A stretch of 61,539 nt of DNA, filler included, from Catajapyx aquilonaris (taxonomy: Eukaryota): assembly GCA_000934665.2 (NCBI GenBank). It is 2 parts of 2 records of this genome, joined end to end, with 100 filler letters (N's around TTAATTAATTAA, not from the genome) between each part and the next. Parts side by side here need not be neighbours in the genome. Positions count along the whole stretch, not along the records: positions 30,828 to 61,539 come from JYFJ02004620.1; 1 more part is not named here. One strand, written 5' to 3'. Below are positions 60,743-61,539 of this stretch, one piece after another; position 1 is the first letter of the stretch; each line of letters begins with the position of its first letter. The notes under the pieces were generated by a model. It was not told the DNA's origin, did not search any database, and was given only the letters and a program-made list of their open reading frames with translations. A program made the position numbers and the translations under genes.

Positions 60743-61539
60743 AATTTGTCCCTGCCCATGTGCACCGCTGAATGGCAGTATTTCTGTATATAGAAGGGGT
60801 GACCTCGCTCACAGACCTCTCTGCTTGGCTGTAACCTCAGAGCAATAGATGTGTTGTTGGCCCCAGTCAGGAGTGTCACTTACTGAACCCAGTACCGGAA
60901 CGCTTGAGCTAGCCCGCCTATATAGTTGTACCTACGAAGTACGGAACATGACAATATGCAGACTCGCATTCAAAAATTCTTGGATGCTGGAGGGAACCAT
61001 TTTCGGCATATGCTTTAGGCAGACCTTGTTTGGCATTATACAAGGTTTTTCATTGAGAACCATACAATAATTTTGTATTTTATTTTATTTTATTTATTTT
61101 ACCCCATGACATCTATACGACACTCACAAGAAAAAAGAAAAAATCTAAAAACGAAAAGGTTTCTTGTAATAAATACATTTGCACCACTCAATTCTACATT
61201 ATCTTTTTGAAAGGAAACTTTATTAAGACTTTCCATAAATAATTCATACTTGCTCTGATCTGAAAATATTGGGACACCCCCAAAAAATGGAGTGGTGGGG
61301 TTATACACAGGAGGTGATAAAAAGTTTCCATTAAGATTATCTGGACTTTAGAATGGATAATTATGAATAGTAACAATTGAGCTAGGAGGATACCAAATTT
61401 GAAGTTCATTTGACAGTTAACAACTGAAATAAATACGATTACACCTTGGACAGTGAATTTCTGTGGGGTCTGGTAAAAATTGCTGCCACTATGTTAATTT
61501 CTTACTTAGCGGGATGTAAATGTTGATAATGAACCTGAG

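Overview
Eukaryotic genomic DNA, most likely arthropod (GT-AG introns, TCAGTT initiator, TTAGG repeat, tRNA-derived SINEs, c-type lysozyme). The first 8.3 kb carries three compact spliced minus-strand genes: a GT32/DXD glycosyltransferase, a c-type lysozyme lacking both canonical catalytic acids, and an LRR protein with a BC-box-like N-terminus. A Musashi-family (Rbp6/MSI2-like) gene starts on the plus strand at 18909 and has a 41-nt second exon at 22764-22804. I found no third exon, so the remaining ~39 kb is probably its second intron, although an assembly gap at 30728-30827 weakens that inference. That region holds many nested transposable elements: a Mag-like Ty3/gypsy, a spliced Mutator transposase ending in a RING finger, Sola2, pogo/Tigger, an intron-containing DD41D Tc1/mariner split by an Academ-like foldback, piggyBac, mariner, Chapaev3, MITEs and SINEs. 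It also holds a seven-exon, phase-consistent, strongly diverged TFIP11/STIP-like gene and a triplicated orphan two-TM unit. All family assignments come from motifs recognised by eye. No database search was run.
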